A DNA stretch of 64,000 nucleotides from Candidatus Daviesbacteria bacterium. Its GTDB lineage: Bacteria > Patescibacteriota > Microgenomatia > Daviesbacterales > UBA10151. Below, one piece after another: positions 1-9,719 of this stretch. The stretch is taken from the NCBI GenBank assembly GCA_030648645.1, contig JAUSHL010000018.1, positions 2,225 to 66,224 of the forward strand. The letters are read 5' to 3'. Made by a program: the position numbers and the translations under genes. Below the pieces are notes generated by a model. It worked only from the letters and a program-made list of their open reading frames with translations, was not told the DNA's origin and did no database searches. Position 1 is the first letter of the stretch; each line of letters starts with the position of its first letter.

Positions 1-43
1 GTTTTTATCAGGAATTTATACTAAATCAAGGAGGTGAAGAAAA

Positions 44-340
44 ATGAAAGTAACATATGTTAAAAAGGGTACAATGAAACCAAGTAAACCTTTTAAAAGT
101 CTAGAAGAGGAGGCTAATTTTTGGGATACACATTCTGTATTAGATGATATAAATGAAGAGACTGTAGTTGGTTTTCATCGGGCTAATAAAACAGATACCA
201 TTACTATCCGTTTCCAGCCTGAACACATACAGGTTTTAAAAGAACAGGCAAATCAGATGGGGATTGGCCCCACAACTTTAGCCAGAATGTGGATTATTGA
301 AAAATTAAATAAGAATATTGGACATACTTCTCTCAAATAA
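44..340 (+). CDS. BrnA/CopG-like ribbon-helix-helix antitoxin-family protein
   Basis: 98 aa; FWDTH... and C-terminal RHH-like segment typical of BrnA-type antitoxins; the partner toxin would lie upstream of the window. Confidence 0.45.
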   Translation: MKVTYVKKGTMKPSKPFKSLEEEANFWDTHSVLDDINEETVVGFHRANKTDTITIRFQPEHIQVLKEQANQMGIGPTTLARMWIIEKLNKNIGHTSLK

Positions 341-463
341 GTGAAAATTTGCTTTTTGAGTATAAAAATGATATTCTATACACATGGAAACATTAAAGAT
401 AATATCTAAATATTGGTACTACGCAAACAACTAAACCTGTTGGCGTTTTTGTGCTTTTTTGCA

Positions 464-489
464 AACCGCCAGCAGAGGCGGTTTTTTTG
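464..489 (+). terminator. Rho-independent terminator-like hairpin plus T-run
   Basis: AACCGCC-agcaga-GGCGGTT followed by TTTTTTTGT. Confidence 0.45.
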
Positions 490-497
490 TGGTTTAT

Positions 498-568
498 GGG
501 AGTGTAGCTCAAGGGTAGAGTATCTGTCTCCAAAACAGATGATAAGGGTTCAAGTCCCTTCATTCCTA
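498..568 (+). tRNA. tRNA-Trp (anticodon CCA)
   Basis: Cloverleaf folded by hand: acceptor GGGAGTG/CATTCCT (2 G-U), D arm GCTC..GAGT, anticodon stem TCTGT/ACAGA with loop CTCCAAA, T arm AAGGG-TTCAAGT-CCCTT; CCA not encoded. Confidence 0.7.
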
Positions 569-681
569 CTTATGAAAGGTAGTTTTTATGGAAAGATTAA
601 TAAGAACAACAGAAATATTAAATATGTCTAGAAAGGAGGTAGTTTGGCGCTAAAGTTAATTTTTTAGGCGTCACCATTCCC

Positions 682-2052
682 ATGCCAAAAATGAAATATT
701 TTGATTATGCAACTTTGATTGACCAAATAATTAGTAGAAATCATGAAAGAAAAATATTTACTGAATTTTTGGATTCAAGAATAGATGGAAAAACTATAGC
801 TGAACATCTTTATCATGATGCAAAAGATATGTCTTTGAAAGATCATAATCATCCTGATGTCAAAAAAGAAGAATTGGTTGAAGCGATAATAAAAAGATAT
901 AAAACTACTCAGGTGGAAGATGGTCGATCTGCTTATGAAGAAATGGTTTTTGATTTAATTGCAGAAGAAAATAATCAACGAGAACTTATCAATAAAATGA
1001 AAACAAAAAAAATCACACTGAATAATTTGCCTACAAATTTTCCTAGTATGAGGAAAAATGCAGAAACTATTTTTCGGGGAAAAGTTTTTTCTGATATAAC
1101 ACCAGAAGATTGCTCAAAATATAAAACAGAAAAATATTTTATTTCTATTTTAAGAGAATATGCCCGGGATCTGTTTTTTGTCTTAAATAATGAGGCTACA
1201 GAAAAAGCAGTCAATTTTTTAAGATTAATGTATTCTCTGAATCAAATTAAAACTTTTGAACCATCTACTCTCCCAAATTTGAGAAAAATTCTTTTAGAAC
1301 ACATGAAAAAAGAAGATTCACTGGAAATAATACATATTAAAAGTATTCGTTTTACCTATCCAAAAGGCACAAATTTAAAAGTATTGGAGGATACTGCACC
1401 AGTTGTGCAATCCGGTTTAAAAGATGAAATAAGAAAATATCCTAGTGAAGAAGTTATTTTTGAAAGGATGGGCTATCTTAGGAAGCTTCTTGAGACTTCA
1501 GGAATTAAAACAAAAGCAACTGTAATTGTTTCAGATCATGATTTGGATTATTGTTTTCCAGAGACACAAAATATTGTTCCAAATGGGGATGTAGAAAGAG
1601 GAAAATTGGCTGCTAAAAATTATGTAGAAAACTTAAGAAAGTTGCACCCAGAGATAGAAAATATAAGATCATTAACTGAATTTTTAAAGGAGAAAAAAAT
1701 AGTTGATAAATTTGAAACAATGTTTAAGTCTTTGGTAAGAGAAGGAGAACAAGGAGGGGGTAGATTTATTAGTGAGAAGATTTTAGAAATGAGAGTTAAT
1801 GAACAATTCGAACATTACAATCAGATGTTTGACTCTTATTCAAGAAAATTAGCAAGACAAACTGCAATTTCCCAAATTTCTAATCTTTTATCGTTATCTG
1901 TAATTTTTGAATCTTTCCCATCTATTCCTTTACTTACTATTGACAGCCGTGGTTTTGAAGATAATTTAATTGGTGGTTGTAATCCTAATTCTGTAGTGAA
2001 ATTTTTTACCAAATTAAAAGATTCAACAGAAACAAAAAGGAATAATGTATAA
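682..2052 (+). CDS. hypothetical protein (456 aa), overlaps trpS start by 8 nt
   Basis: Long ORF between tRNA-Trp and trpS; no family recognised. Confidence 0.55.
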   Translation: MPKMKYFDYATLIDQIISRNHERKIFTEFLDSRIDGKTIAEHLYHDAKDMSLKDHNHPDVKKEELVEAIIKRYKTTQVEDGRSAYEEMVFDLIAEENNQRELINKMKTKKITLNNLPTNFPSMRKNAETIFRGKVFSDITPEDCSKYKTEKYFISILREYARDLFFVLNNEATEKAVNFLRLMYSLNQIKTFEPSTLPNLRKILLEHMKKEDSLEIIHIKSIRFTYPKGTNLKVLEDTAPVVQSGLKDEIRKYPSEEVIFERMGYLRKLLETSGIKTKATVIVSDHDLDYCFPETQNIVPNGDVERGKLAAKNYVENLRKLHPEIENIRSLTEFLKEKKIVDKFETMFKSLVREGEQGGGRFISEKILEMRVNEQFEHYNQMFDSYSRKLARQTAISQISNLLSLSVIFESFPSIPLLTIDSRGFEDNLIGGCNPNSVVKFFTKLKDSTETKRNNV

Positions 2053-3085
2053 TCAAAGATATATGATGAAAAAACGGATTCTCACTGGAGATAGACCAAC
2101 ATTAGATAGTTTTCATTTAGGAAACTATGTTGGCTCTCTTAAAAATAGAGTAAAGCTACAAGATGAATATGAAACATTTATTTTTATTGCAGATTTGCAT
2201 TCTTTAACCACTCATTTTGACAAAACTGCAGACTTAGAAAAAAATATCAGAGGTTTAATGTTGGGTTATTTATCTGTGGGGCTTGATCCTAAAAAGGTAA
2301 CTTTTTTTCTGCAATCAAAAATACCAGAAATAGTGGAAATTGCTTATTATCTCAGTGTTTTAACATCACGTTCTGTGATCGCCAGACAGCCAGCTTTAAA
2401 AGAAAAACTTGATTCAGGCGCACAAGATACTGTGGGTTTATTTTATTACCCAATTTTAATGGCAGCAGATATTTTGACTCCTAAAGCCAATCTAGTTCCA
2501 GTGGGGAAAGATCAAAAATCTCATGTGGAATTTTCTAGAGATATTGCTATTAAATTTAATAATTTATATGGAGAAGTATTTCCAATACCGGAGCCTTTGA
2601 TTGGAGATGTGCCAACTTTAATTGGCACTGATGGAAAAGCTAAGATGAGTAAGTCTTTAAATAATGCTATTTATTTATCAGATTCTGCTGATGTTGTAGA
2701 AAAAAAGGTCATGGGAATGTATACAGATCCAACCAGAATTAGAGCAACAGACCCGGGACACATAGAAAATAATCCAGTGTTTATTTATCTGGATGCATTC
2801 GGTTCGACAAGCTCACCGCAAGTGGAACAAGAAGTAAACGATCTTAAAAAGCGTTATACTGTGGGCCAAGTTGGTGATATTGAGGTCAAAAAGTACCTAG
2901 TCCAAATCTTGAATAATTTCTTAGATCCAATCAGAAAAAAACGGGCTGAATATGAAAAAAACCCAGAATTGGTGGAACAAATTTTGAAAGAGGGAACTGA
3001 AAAAGCAAGGAAAGAGGCCCAAAAAACTTTGGATGAAGTAAAAAGGGCAATGAAACTTGATTATTTTACGAGTGATAGCGAGTAA
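2045..3085 (+). CDS. trpS: tryptophanyl-tRNA synthetase
   Basis: Class I aaRS; HIGH-type motif SFHLGNY and KMSKS motif present. Confidence 0.9.
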   Translation: MYNQRYMMKKRILTGDRPTLDSFHLGNYVGSLKNRVKLQDEYETFIFIADLHSLTTHFDKTADLEKNIRGLMLGYLSVGLDPKKVTFFLQSKIPEIVEIAYYLSVLTSRSVIARQPALKEKLDSGAQDTVGLFYYPILMAADILTPKANLVPVGKDQKSHVEFSRDIAIKFNNLYGEVFPIPEPLIGDVPTLIGTDGKAKMSKSLNNAIYLSDSADVVEKKVMGMYTDPTRIRATDPGHIENNPVFIYLDAFGSTSSPQVEQEVNDLKKRYTVGQVGDIEVKKYLVQILNNFLDPIRKKRAEYEKNPELVEQILKEGTEKARKEAQKTLDEVKRAMKLDYFTSDSE

Positions 3086-3087
3086 AT

Positions 3088-3203
3088 CAAGCTTTGCTTA
3101 TTTCAAATAATATGTATCATGTCTTCCCACACTTGAAGACCGTCAGGTCGCAAGCTTTGCTTATGCGGGATCTATATAGATTCCGGGTCAAGCCCGGAAT
3201 GAC
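3088..3203. repeat. intergenic mini-repeat cluster (AAGCTTTGCTTAT direct repeat plus GATTCCGGGTCAAGCCCGGAATGAC hairpin)
   Basis: Same motifs recur at 26495-26520, 14870-14915 and 56535-56560, and in the GTCAT...ATGAC family. Confidence 0.6.
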
Positions 3204-3248
3204 ACAGGTGTTATAGTGTTTAAAGATAATCTGTGTTAAAATCTGCAG

Positions 3249-5135
3249 GTGGCTACAGATCCCAAAAAATCTAATTATAAAAAATTAATTCCTTCCTTAC
3301 CTTTCAGTAGTAAAAAAGGCAAGAATAAAAATAGTGTCATGGGGATTTTAAAAGGAATGGCCATTTATATTTTAGTTGGATTTGTAGCCTTAATTTTTTT
3401 TGTTAACCTTTCAGAAAGTAAAAATGCCGGTGATGAAATCTCCATTTCTCAGGTAGTTTATAATATTAAAGCTCAAAAAGTCGAAAAAATTTCTCTGATA
3501 GATAATAAAATTGAAGTTAAATTCAAAGATTCTGATAAACTTGCGGTTTCCCGGAAAGAAGCCGGACAATCTATCTATGAAATCTTCAAAAATTCCGGTA
3601 TTGATCCGTCGACTGTTAACATTGAAATAAAAGATACCTCCTTTTCTGATGCTTGGTTAGGAATTTTGGGCACAGTTTTACCAATTCTTTTAATGGTCGG
3701 ATTTTTCTTCTTCATTTTCCGTCAAGCCAAAGATGCCGGACAGGGTATGTTTTCTTTTGGGCAATCCCGGGCGAAAGTTTTTTCCAAAGATGCTCCGCAA
3801 ATAAAATTTACTGATGTGGCAGGAGTAGAAGAAGCAAAAAAAGAATTAGAAGAGATTGTAGATTTTTTAAAAAATCCGGCAAAATATAAAGAAATTGGAG
3901 CCAGAACTCCCAAAGGAGTGTTGTTAGTAGGTCCTCCGGGAACCGGTAAAACTTTAATGGCAAGGGCAGTGGCAGGGGAAGCAGGAGTGCCATTTTTTTC
4001 TATTGCCGGTTCTGAGTTTATGGAAATGTTGGTGGGAGTGGGTGCAGCCCGGGTGCGGGATATGTTTTTGCAGGCAAAAAAAGCTTCTCCGGCAATTATT
4101 TTCATTGATGAGGTGGAATCAATTGGTAGAATGCGAGGTTTTGGTATGAGTGGAGGACATGATGAACGGGAACAAACCTTAAATCAGATTTTGGTAGAAA
4201 TGGATGGTTTTACTCCCAATGATTTGGTGATTGTTATGGCTGCTACCAACAGACCTGATTTATTGGATCCGGCACTGGTCAGACCGGGTCGATTTGACCG
4301 CCGAGTGGTTTTGAATTTACCGGATTTGGTAGAGAGAGAAGCAATTATTAGATTGCATATGAAGGGCAAACCTTTTGCCGAAAGTGCAGATATGCACAGA
4401 CTTGCCAGACGAACGGTTGGTTTCTCCGGTGCTGATTTGGCCAATATGTTAAATGAAGCAGCAATACTGGCTGCCCGTGAGGCTAAAAAAGTGATTGATA
4501 ATATTGATTTGGAAGAGGCTGCGACCAAAGTAAAACTTGGACCGCAAAGAAAGAGAATGCAGACAGAAACTGACCGCAAACTATCTGCTTATCATGAAGC
4601 AGGACATGCCATTGCCGGACATTTTCAGCCTCAGGTTGATCCGGTCCACCGGATTTCCATTGTTGCCCGGGGTATGAGTGGGGGGCATACCATGTTTCCA
4701 CCAACGGAGGATCGGTCAAATGAGCGAAAATCCCGGCTTTTGGAACAAATTGCCACAGCACTGGGGGGAAGAGCAGCCGAGGAGTTGATTTTCAAAGATA
4801 TTTCGACAGGTGCTTCCTCTGATTTGGAAATGGCCACAGAAATTGCCCGTGAAATGGTCACAGAATATGGCATGTCGGATTTAGGACCGGTTAATATTAA
4901 AGCTCATTCTCAGTTTGGAATTTGGCCGGGGGCAGGGGAAGGAAATCAAATTTCTGAAACAATGCAGACTAAAATTGATGCTGAAATTAAAAAGATTTTA
5001 GATTCTTCCTATAAAAAAGCTCAGATAATCTTAAAAGCTCAAAAATTAAAATTGGATAAAGTAGCCAAAGCCCTCCTTGAAAAAGAAACTTTAGATACTG
5101 ATGAATTTGAAAAAATTGTGGGGAAAAAGAAATAA
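3249..5135 (+). CDS. ftsH: ATP-dependent zinc metalloprotease FtsH
   Basis: N-terminal TM, Walker [15 protein letters not shown] zinc motif; GTG start. Confidence 0.9.
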   Translation: MATDPKKSNYKKLIPSLPFSSKKGKNKNSVMGILKGMAIYILVGFVALIFFVNLSESKNAGDEISISQVVYNIKAQKVEKISLIDNKIEVKFKDSDKLAVSRKEAGQSIYEIFKNSGIDPSTVNIEIKDTSFSDAWLGILGTVLPILLMVGFFFFIFRQAKDAGQGMFSFGQSRAKVFSKDAPQIKFTDVAGVEEAKKELEEIVDFLKNPAKYKEIGARTPKGVLLVGPPGTGKTLMARAVAGEAGVPFFSIAGSEFMEMLVGVGAARVRDMFLQAKKASPAIIFIDEVESIGRMRGFGMSGGHDEREQTLNQILVEMDGFTPNDLVIVMAATNRPDLLDPALVRPGRFDRRVVLNLPDLVEREAIIRLHMKGKPFAESADMHRLARRTVGFSGADLANMLNEAAILAAREAKKVIDNIDLEEAATKVKLGPQRKRMQTETDRKLSAYHEAGHAIAGHFQPQVDPVHRISIVARGMSGGHTMFPPTEDRSNERKSRLLEQIATALGGRAAEELIFKDISTGASSDLEMATEIAREMVTEYGMSDLGPVNIKAHSQFGIWPGAGEGNQISETMQTKIDAEIKKILDSSYKKAQIILKAQKLKLDKVAKALLEKETLDTDEFEKIVGKKK

Positions 5136-5144
5136 ATTAATTCT

Positions 5145-5552
5145 ATGATTGAAGATTTGGACCCTACATTTCGCAGTAAATACCATAAATCTCGAGAAAT
5201 AATACCTTTTAGGCCCGATTATCAAGCATTCGCAAAAGAGGCTAATGAAAAATTCGGTCAAGATTTACCGGATGATACTAAACTTGAGGATATTTATCAA
5301 TTAAAAGGTGTCGTTTTAGATTATGTAATAGGATTATTAAATAACAGAGAGGGAAGACATAGCAGATTTGCTCTCAAATCTTTTGTTGGAATCGCTAATA
5401 GAGTAGGGATCCAAACTGTGGGAGAGGTGAGAAAAATGGAAGAAAAGGAGTTAAGAAATTTAATATTAGAAAAATTAGGCAACCATTCTCAGTACAAATT
5501 AGCACCTATTTATCTAAAAAATCTATTTCATACAGATTTTCCCCAAGATTAG
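5145..5552 (+). CDS. hypothetical protein
   Basis: 135 aa ORF, no recognisable motif. Confidence 0.4.
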   Translation: MIEDLDPTFRSKYHKSREIIPFRPDYQAFAKEANEKFGQDLPDDTKLEDIYQLKGVVLDYVIGLLNNREGRHSRFALKSFVGIANRVGIQTVGEVRKMEEKELRNLILEKLGNHSQYKLAPIYLKNLFHTDFPQD

Positions 5553-5588
5553 TTATTTTAATTAAATGAAGTGATAAATATATCTATA

Positions 5589-5627
5589 GTTAACACAACT
5601 TGTCGCTATGGCGCGATTTTGTGTTAA
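5589..5627. repeat. spaced inverted repeat element, type A (TTAACACAA-N20-TTGTGTTAA, core GCTATGGCGCGA)
   Basis: Copies at 6343-6380 and 48938-48977; lies just downstream of the stop of paralog A. Confidence 0.7.
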
Positions 5628-5700
5628 ATGTCTTCAAACTTTTACATATTTATTTGGTTTCCGCGTTTGATTTAGCAGTTACAGTGTGGAGATATTAACA

Positions 5701-6321
5701 TTATAGCCCAAAGTATTTTTTATAAACTCCCTCATTTTCGACTTTTTGAGCAATAACATATAAAACTTCTTCTCCTAATCCATAATATTGTCTTAAGAAT
5801 TCAATTTGTTCATCACAAGGATAAGGAGTCAGATAAACAGATTTTTGGAGCTTTAAAAACTGCATTTTTTGCAGGAACCTTCTAAAAATATCACCCAAAA
5901 TTTTTCTTTCTTTTCTAATATCATAAATAATTATTCTCCATTTTCCATCCCATTTGGGAGGTTTATTAATCATGATTTCTTCTAACTGGTAGCTTAAAAC
6001 CTTTTTTCTACCTTTGTCCGTTAAGGTAATAACTGTTTGCCCATTAGTATCTTTAAAATCAACTACTTTTTGCTGGTAAAGCCTTTTTAATAAAAATTTT
6101 AATCTTGGCTGATTAAATTTTTCCCATTCCTTAAATTCTTTTTCTTTATTTTTCTTTTTATAATAATCAACCACTGGTTTGACAGCCATGGGTAGAGCAG
6201 GGACTAATAAACTGCCGGCAACCAAGCCTGTAACTCCCAATATTAAAAGGACTTCTTTAACAGTAGGATTTAATAAAACAAGCTTGTTGCTTCGCAATAA
6301 AATATTTTTATCATTTTGCAT
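5701..6321 (-). CDS. membrane-anchored wHTH plus Cas2/PaaX-C-like domain protein (paralog A)
   Basis: N-terminal TM helix; wHTH-like segment; KWDGKWRIIIYDI...LQKSVYL signature; paralogs at 25798-26379 and 33131-33661. Confidence 0.6.
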   Translation of the reverse strand: MQNDKNILLRSNKLVLLNPTVKEVLLILGVTGLVAGSLLVPALPMAVKPVVDYYKKKNKEKEFKEWEKFNQPRLKFLLKRLYQQKVVDFKDTNGQTVITLTDKGRKKVLSYQLEEIMINKPPKWDGKWRIIIYDIRKERKILGDIFRRFLQKMQFLKLQKSVYLTPYPCDEQIEFLRQYYGLGEEVLYVIAQKVENEGVYKKYFGL

Positions 6322-6342
6322 ATGTCATGATATATTATAAAT

Positions 6343-6380
6343 ATAACACAATTTGTCGCCATGGCGCGATATTGTGTTAA
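6343..6380. promoter_or_regulatory. type A spaced inverted repeat (ATAACACAATTTGTCGCCATGGCGCGATATTGTGTTAA) in the divergent promoter region
   Basis: 22 nt upstream of the paralog A start and 119 nt upstream of the XRE/sigma-r4 gene; perfect CGCCATGGCG core; candidate operator. Confidence 0.5.
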
Positions 6381-6498
6381 GAGTTTGAAAAACTAGTTAG
6401 TAAAAAGAAAAATTAATGTACCCTTGTGGTTTTGTTATAATATCACCAATGACACAAGAGTCATTGCAATGAAACCCATAGTTTGATAGAATATCTTC

Positions 6499-7515
6499 AT
6501 GACAAATCCAGAATCTGAATCTTTGGAAGAGTTGACAGCCTTATCTCTCTTAGCTTCTGAAACAGAGGAACATCAAGGAAGTATTATTGGTCTTAGAATT
6601 GGTCCATATAATGCGGCACTCTATAGACGAAGACAAGCATTGGGATTAACCAAAAAACAATTGGCTGCAAAAGTGGGATTCAAGACAGGAGCTTCTATCG
6701 GACAGATTGAAACACTGAGAGCCTTTCCTAGCCCAGAAATTGCTAAAAGTATTGCTGATGCTTTAAGTATTACACCCAAAGAATTATTTCCGGAATGGCT
6801 AAAATTATTTACCAGAGACAAAAAGCAACCTGCTCAAATTAGGATGGAATTAACTGAGTCAGAAGTAGATCCTATATTGATGAGGAGAGCATATGAGATA
6901 GAAACAATTTTTACAGCTGTGGATCCGCAAAATGAGGCAGAGAGTCAAGAATTAAGGGAAAAATTATATGATGTATTGGGGGGTATGACCCAAAGAGAAA
7001 GACGAGTTATAATTTCAAGATTTGGGCTGGAAGGGAAAGCTCTAACTTTAGAGGAAGTAGCAGCAGAATTTCGTCTTGGCCGTGAGCGAATCAGAACAAT
7101 CGAGGCTAAAACTTTAAGAAAATTAAGACATTCCTTCAGGAAAAAGAAATTGGAAGGTCTTGAGGATCAACAACCGGGTGATTTAAGAAGCCCACAGGCA
7201 TTAATCAATGGAGCTGTTAATGCTCTACATCAAGGAGATCGGGAAAGAGCTATAAAAAATTTAGATGAAGTACTAGAGAACTATTTGTTTGATTTTATGA
7301 TTCCAACTGGAGTCATAGACCAGCTTAAGGCATTGTTAAAAGAACCTGGCTTTTATAGGTGGACTGACAGACAAATGAATACTTTTATAGGGTGTCTTGA
7401 GGTTGATCCAGCCTTGGAAAGTTTATATCCTGAATTAGAAAAGCGGGTCTTTGAAGAAATCATACCAAATTTATGTGAAGTTGAGAAATTAAAGATTAAA
7501 GCCCACAAACATTAA
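6499..7515 (+). CDS. HTH-XRE plus sigma-70 region 4 fusion protein
   Basis: XRE-like HTH (LTKKQLAAKVG...IGQIE) and region-4 signature (RERRVIISRFGL...LEEVAAEF.LGRERIRTIEAKTLRKLRH), plus ~120 aa unknown C-terminus. Confidence 0.55.
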   Translation: MTNPESESLEELTALSLLASETEEHQGSIIGLRIGPYNAALYRRRQALGLTKKQLAAKVGFKTGASIGQIETLRAFPSPEIAKSIADALSITPKELFPEWLKLFTRDKKQPAQIRMELTESEVDPILMRRAYEIETIFTAVDPQNEAESQELREKLYDVLGGMTQRERRVIISRFGLEGKALTLEEVAAEFRLGRERIRTIEAKTLRKLRHSFRKKKLEGLEDQQPGDLRSPQALINGAVNALHQGDRERAIKNLDEVLENYLFDFMIPTGVIDQLKALLKEPGFYRWTDRQMNTFIGCLEVDPALESLYPELEKRVFEEIIPNLCEVEKLKIKAHKH

Positions 7516-7833
7516 TTATTATGAAAGAAAAGGAACCAAGACCAACAGAACCAATAGAAAACAGATCATCATTAACCAGAGCTAAGGGATATGCCCATAG
7601 GTTAAGAGAAGAATTTGGCTGTATATTGGAGGCTGTTAAAGAAAGAATTGTATTGGGTTGTGGCGGAATACTTATAGGGGGTGCTTATCTGGTTTGGGTG
7701 GATATATAATTTATGATGGACTTAAATATCAATCTTCACTGGTGAAAGGTCTTGCAGTAGTTATAGGTGGAACAATAATTGTAGCAGGTCTTGGCAGTAT
7801 ACTTTTAAGTCTTGATTCTGAAAAATCTTCTTA

Positions 7834-8619
7834 TTAATAGATTCCTAATAGTTGATACTCACTTTGGTATTCACTGGTTATTCTCTCGAGTAGCTGAATT
7901 ATATAATGACTAAATTCTTTACTATTAAAAGGTAGATAGGGGAGGTGTCCTCTTCTCTCATTAAATGTTGCGGGAAGTGCGTAGATAATTTCCCAATAAT
8001 CGGGGTTAGTAAGGGTAATAGGTAAACGGGGAATATCAGGACGTATATAGTTAAGTAATTCTCTCAATTTTTGGCCGTATCCAGGAGTGTTATTGATACA
8101 GTCTACTTCATACATCCCTAAATCTTTAGCGATAGATATTGGTTGTTGGTATTGTTCTAATTGGGCTTGTTTTTGAGCACTTCCTGCAGTATTAGTTTGA
8201 ACTGTGTACTCGCAAACACCTTTAAATTGCAGGTATCTTTTACCACGCTGGAAAATTAGTCCGTCAGGAACTGTAATGCCAGGAATCTTCGTCTGAAGAT
8301 TGTATAATAAACAGGTATGAGCTTTTGCATAGAACTCTTGGTAAATCCAATCAGTTTCGGATGGGGTTAATATAAAAAGGTTATTTGATTGTAGTTGTGA
8401 CTGAACATAAAGTCCGGCTATCCCTTCAAAATATTTGCCTGCTATCATGGGTTTAATGTTCCGTAGATCAATACCAGCGAGAGCGACTTCTTTTAGTGCT
8501 CTGGTCAATTGGCTTGCTTCTTTAGATTGGTGAAAATTCCCCAACAAAATTTGAGTCGGTTCATCAAAACCTTCCAAAGACGGATAAAAATTTTCTATTT
8601 CAACTTTTGTAGTCACCAC
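7834..8619 (-). CDS. hypothetical protein
   Basis: 261 aa ORF. Confidence 0.45.
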   Translation of the reverse strand: MVTTKVEIENFYPSLEGFDEPTQILLGNFHQSKEASQLTRALKEVALAGIDLRNIKPMIAGKYFEGIAGLYVQSQLQSNNLFILTPSETDWIYQEFYAKAHTCLLYNLQTKIPGITVPDGLIFQRGKRYLQFKGVCEYTVQTNTAGSAQKQAQLEQYQQPISIAKDLGMYEVDCINNTPGYGQKLRELLNYIRPDIPRLPITLTNPDYWEIIYALPATFNERRGHLPYLPFNSKEFSHYIIQLLERITSEYQSEYQLLGIY

Positions 8620-8735
8620 AAGATTATACTACAGGATATAAATATTTTCAAATTATTAGCCACCAGCCCCAATTTCTGCTAAAATTCAAGCATGAAGAAA
8701 TTAATTTTAGTTGACGGAATCTATCTTTTTTAACA

Positions 8736-8987
8736 TTATTTTTTTATTTTAATGCTGTGGGCAAAAGAAACCGGTTGTGTTTTAGTTTTAAATCCTAATT
8801 TTGGCCCCAGAATTTTAGTGGCATCAAGAATTTCAATTCCTAAAAGTTCTCCATTTTTCCCTAATTCCACACTAACTCCGGGAGATAGTTCTTTATGAGT
8901 TTCCTCTGGTCCACTTTTGATGAGGAACCACAAAACATCAGTTTTTTTATCATAGTAGATTTTTTGATCAGTTTTTTTCATATGCAA
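8736..8987 (-). CDS. DUF2283-like small protein (putative antitoxin partner)
   Basis: YYDKKTDVLWF...GELLGIEILDA pattern typical of DUF2283. Confidence 0.5.
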   Translation of the reverse strand: MHMKKTDQKIYYDKKTDVLWFLIKSGPEETHKELSPGVSVELGKNGELLGIEILDATKILGPKLGFKTKTQPVSFAHSIKIKK

Positions 8988-9258
8988 GCCACCTTCTACT
9001 TAAAACTCTATTTCTAATTTCATGTTCATCGGTTGGATAAACAGTGATAATCTGGATTTCATCATCCATTATATCATAGGCTACCACCATTGGCTTGTAT
9101 TTTTTTTCATATATTAAGACCTTAATGGCAATTTGGTGTTTTGTTAAAGGATCAAAAAAACGAAATTCTGCTTCCGTCACTATTTTCTTGGGATAAGACT
9201 GAGGAATAAGTCTTTGTTTGAGTCTAATTTTAAGATGTGGTTGCAATATAATCTTCAT
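8968..9258 (-). CDS. DUF4258-like protein (putative toxin partner)
   Basis: Overlaps the downstream DUF2283 gene; DUF4258/DUF2283 pairs are a recurrent putative TA arrangement. Confidence 0.45.
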   Translation of the reverse strand: MKIILQPHLKIRLKQRLIPQSYPKKIVTEAEFRFFDPLTKHQIAIKVLIYEKKYKPMVVAYDIMDDEIQIITVYPTDEHEIRNRVLSRRWLAYEKN

Positions 9259-9317
9259 TAAATTTATTTTAACAGAGTTTGAGAAAATTGTTGGGAAAAA
9301 GAAAACTGTCTAGGTCG

Positions 9318-9346
9318 TTGACAACCATTTAATAAGATATTATAAT
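9318..9346 (+). promoter_or_regulatory. consensus sigma-70 promoter (TTGACA-17-TATAAT)
   Basis: Perfect -35/-10 with 17 nt spacing, 7 nt upstream of the ATG at 9354. Confidence 0.55.
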
Positions 9347-9353
9347 TCCAGCC

Positions 9354-9710
9354 ATGGGTGAAGCTAACAAAAGGTATAATATACTTGATGAAGCTCGGGC
9401 GTTATTAGAAGGAAAAAAAGAATGTAAGGCGCCTTTTTTCGAGCGTTGTGCTAATTTTGGGGAAGCTTTAGATGAGAAGTACAAAAATTCATTAACAAAA
9501 CCTACTACCTGTTTGCATAAGCTTTATAGATTTTATAGTGACCTAGACCTAAATAATCTGCAAGTGGGGGTTGGGATAGTAGCAACTGGTATGGCAATGG
9601 TAGTGGGGGGAGCTGTTATTCATAATCCTTATTTATTTATGGCAGGAATATTCACTTTCTTTGGTGCAACTTTGCTTATCGGACTTCAACCAAATAAAAG
9701 CCATGATTAG
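9354..9710 (+). CDS. small hypothetical membrane protein
   Basis: 118 aa; C-terminal hydrophobic segments; immediately precedes polA. Confidence 0.4.
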   Translation: MGEANKRYNILDEARALLEGKKECKAPFFERCANFGEALDEKYKNSLTKPTTCLHKLYRFYSDLDLNNLQVGVGIVATGMAMVVGGAVIHNPYLFMAGIFTFFGATLLIGLQPNKSHD

Positions 9711-9719
9711 TGCTACAAT

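Noticed and set aside
413-631. 72-aa ORF on the plus strand
   Set aside because: It overlaps the tRNA-Trp gene and the terminator hairpin, and its product is low-complexity. It is an artefact of the tRNA region.
3722-4873. Several 60-130 aa minus-strand ORFs inside ftsH
   Set aside because: They are antisense to a highly conserved gene (FtsH) and are typical GC-skew or codon-complement artefacts.
7521-7836. 62-aa ORF plus an adjacent out-of-frame glycine-rich TM peptide (possible frameshifted small membrane protein)
   Set aside because: It is too short and featureless to support. It could be a tandem duplication of a TM segment, but there is no evidence for expression.
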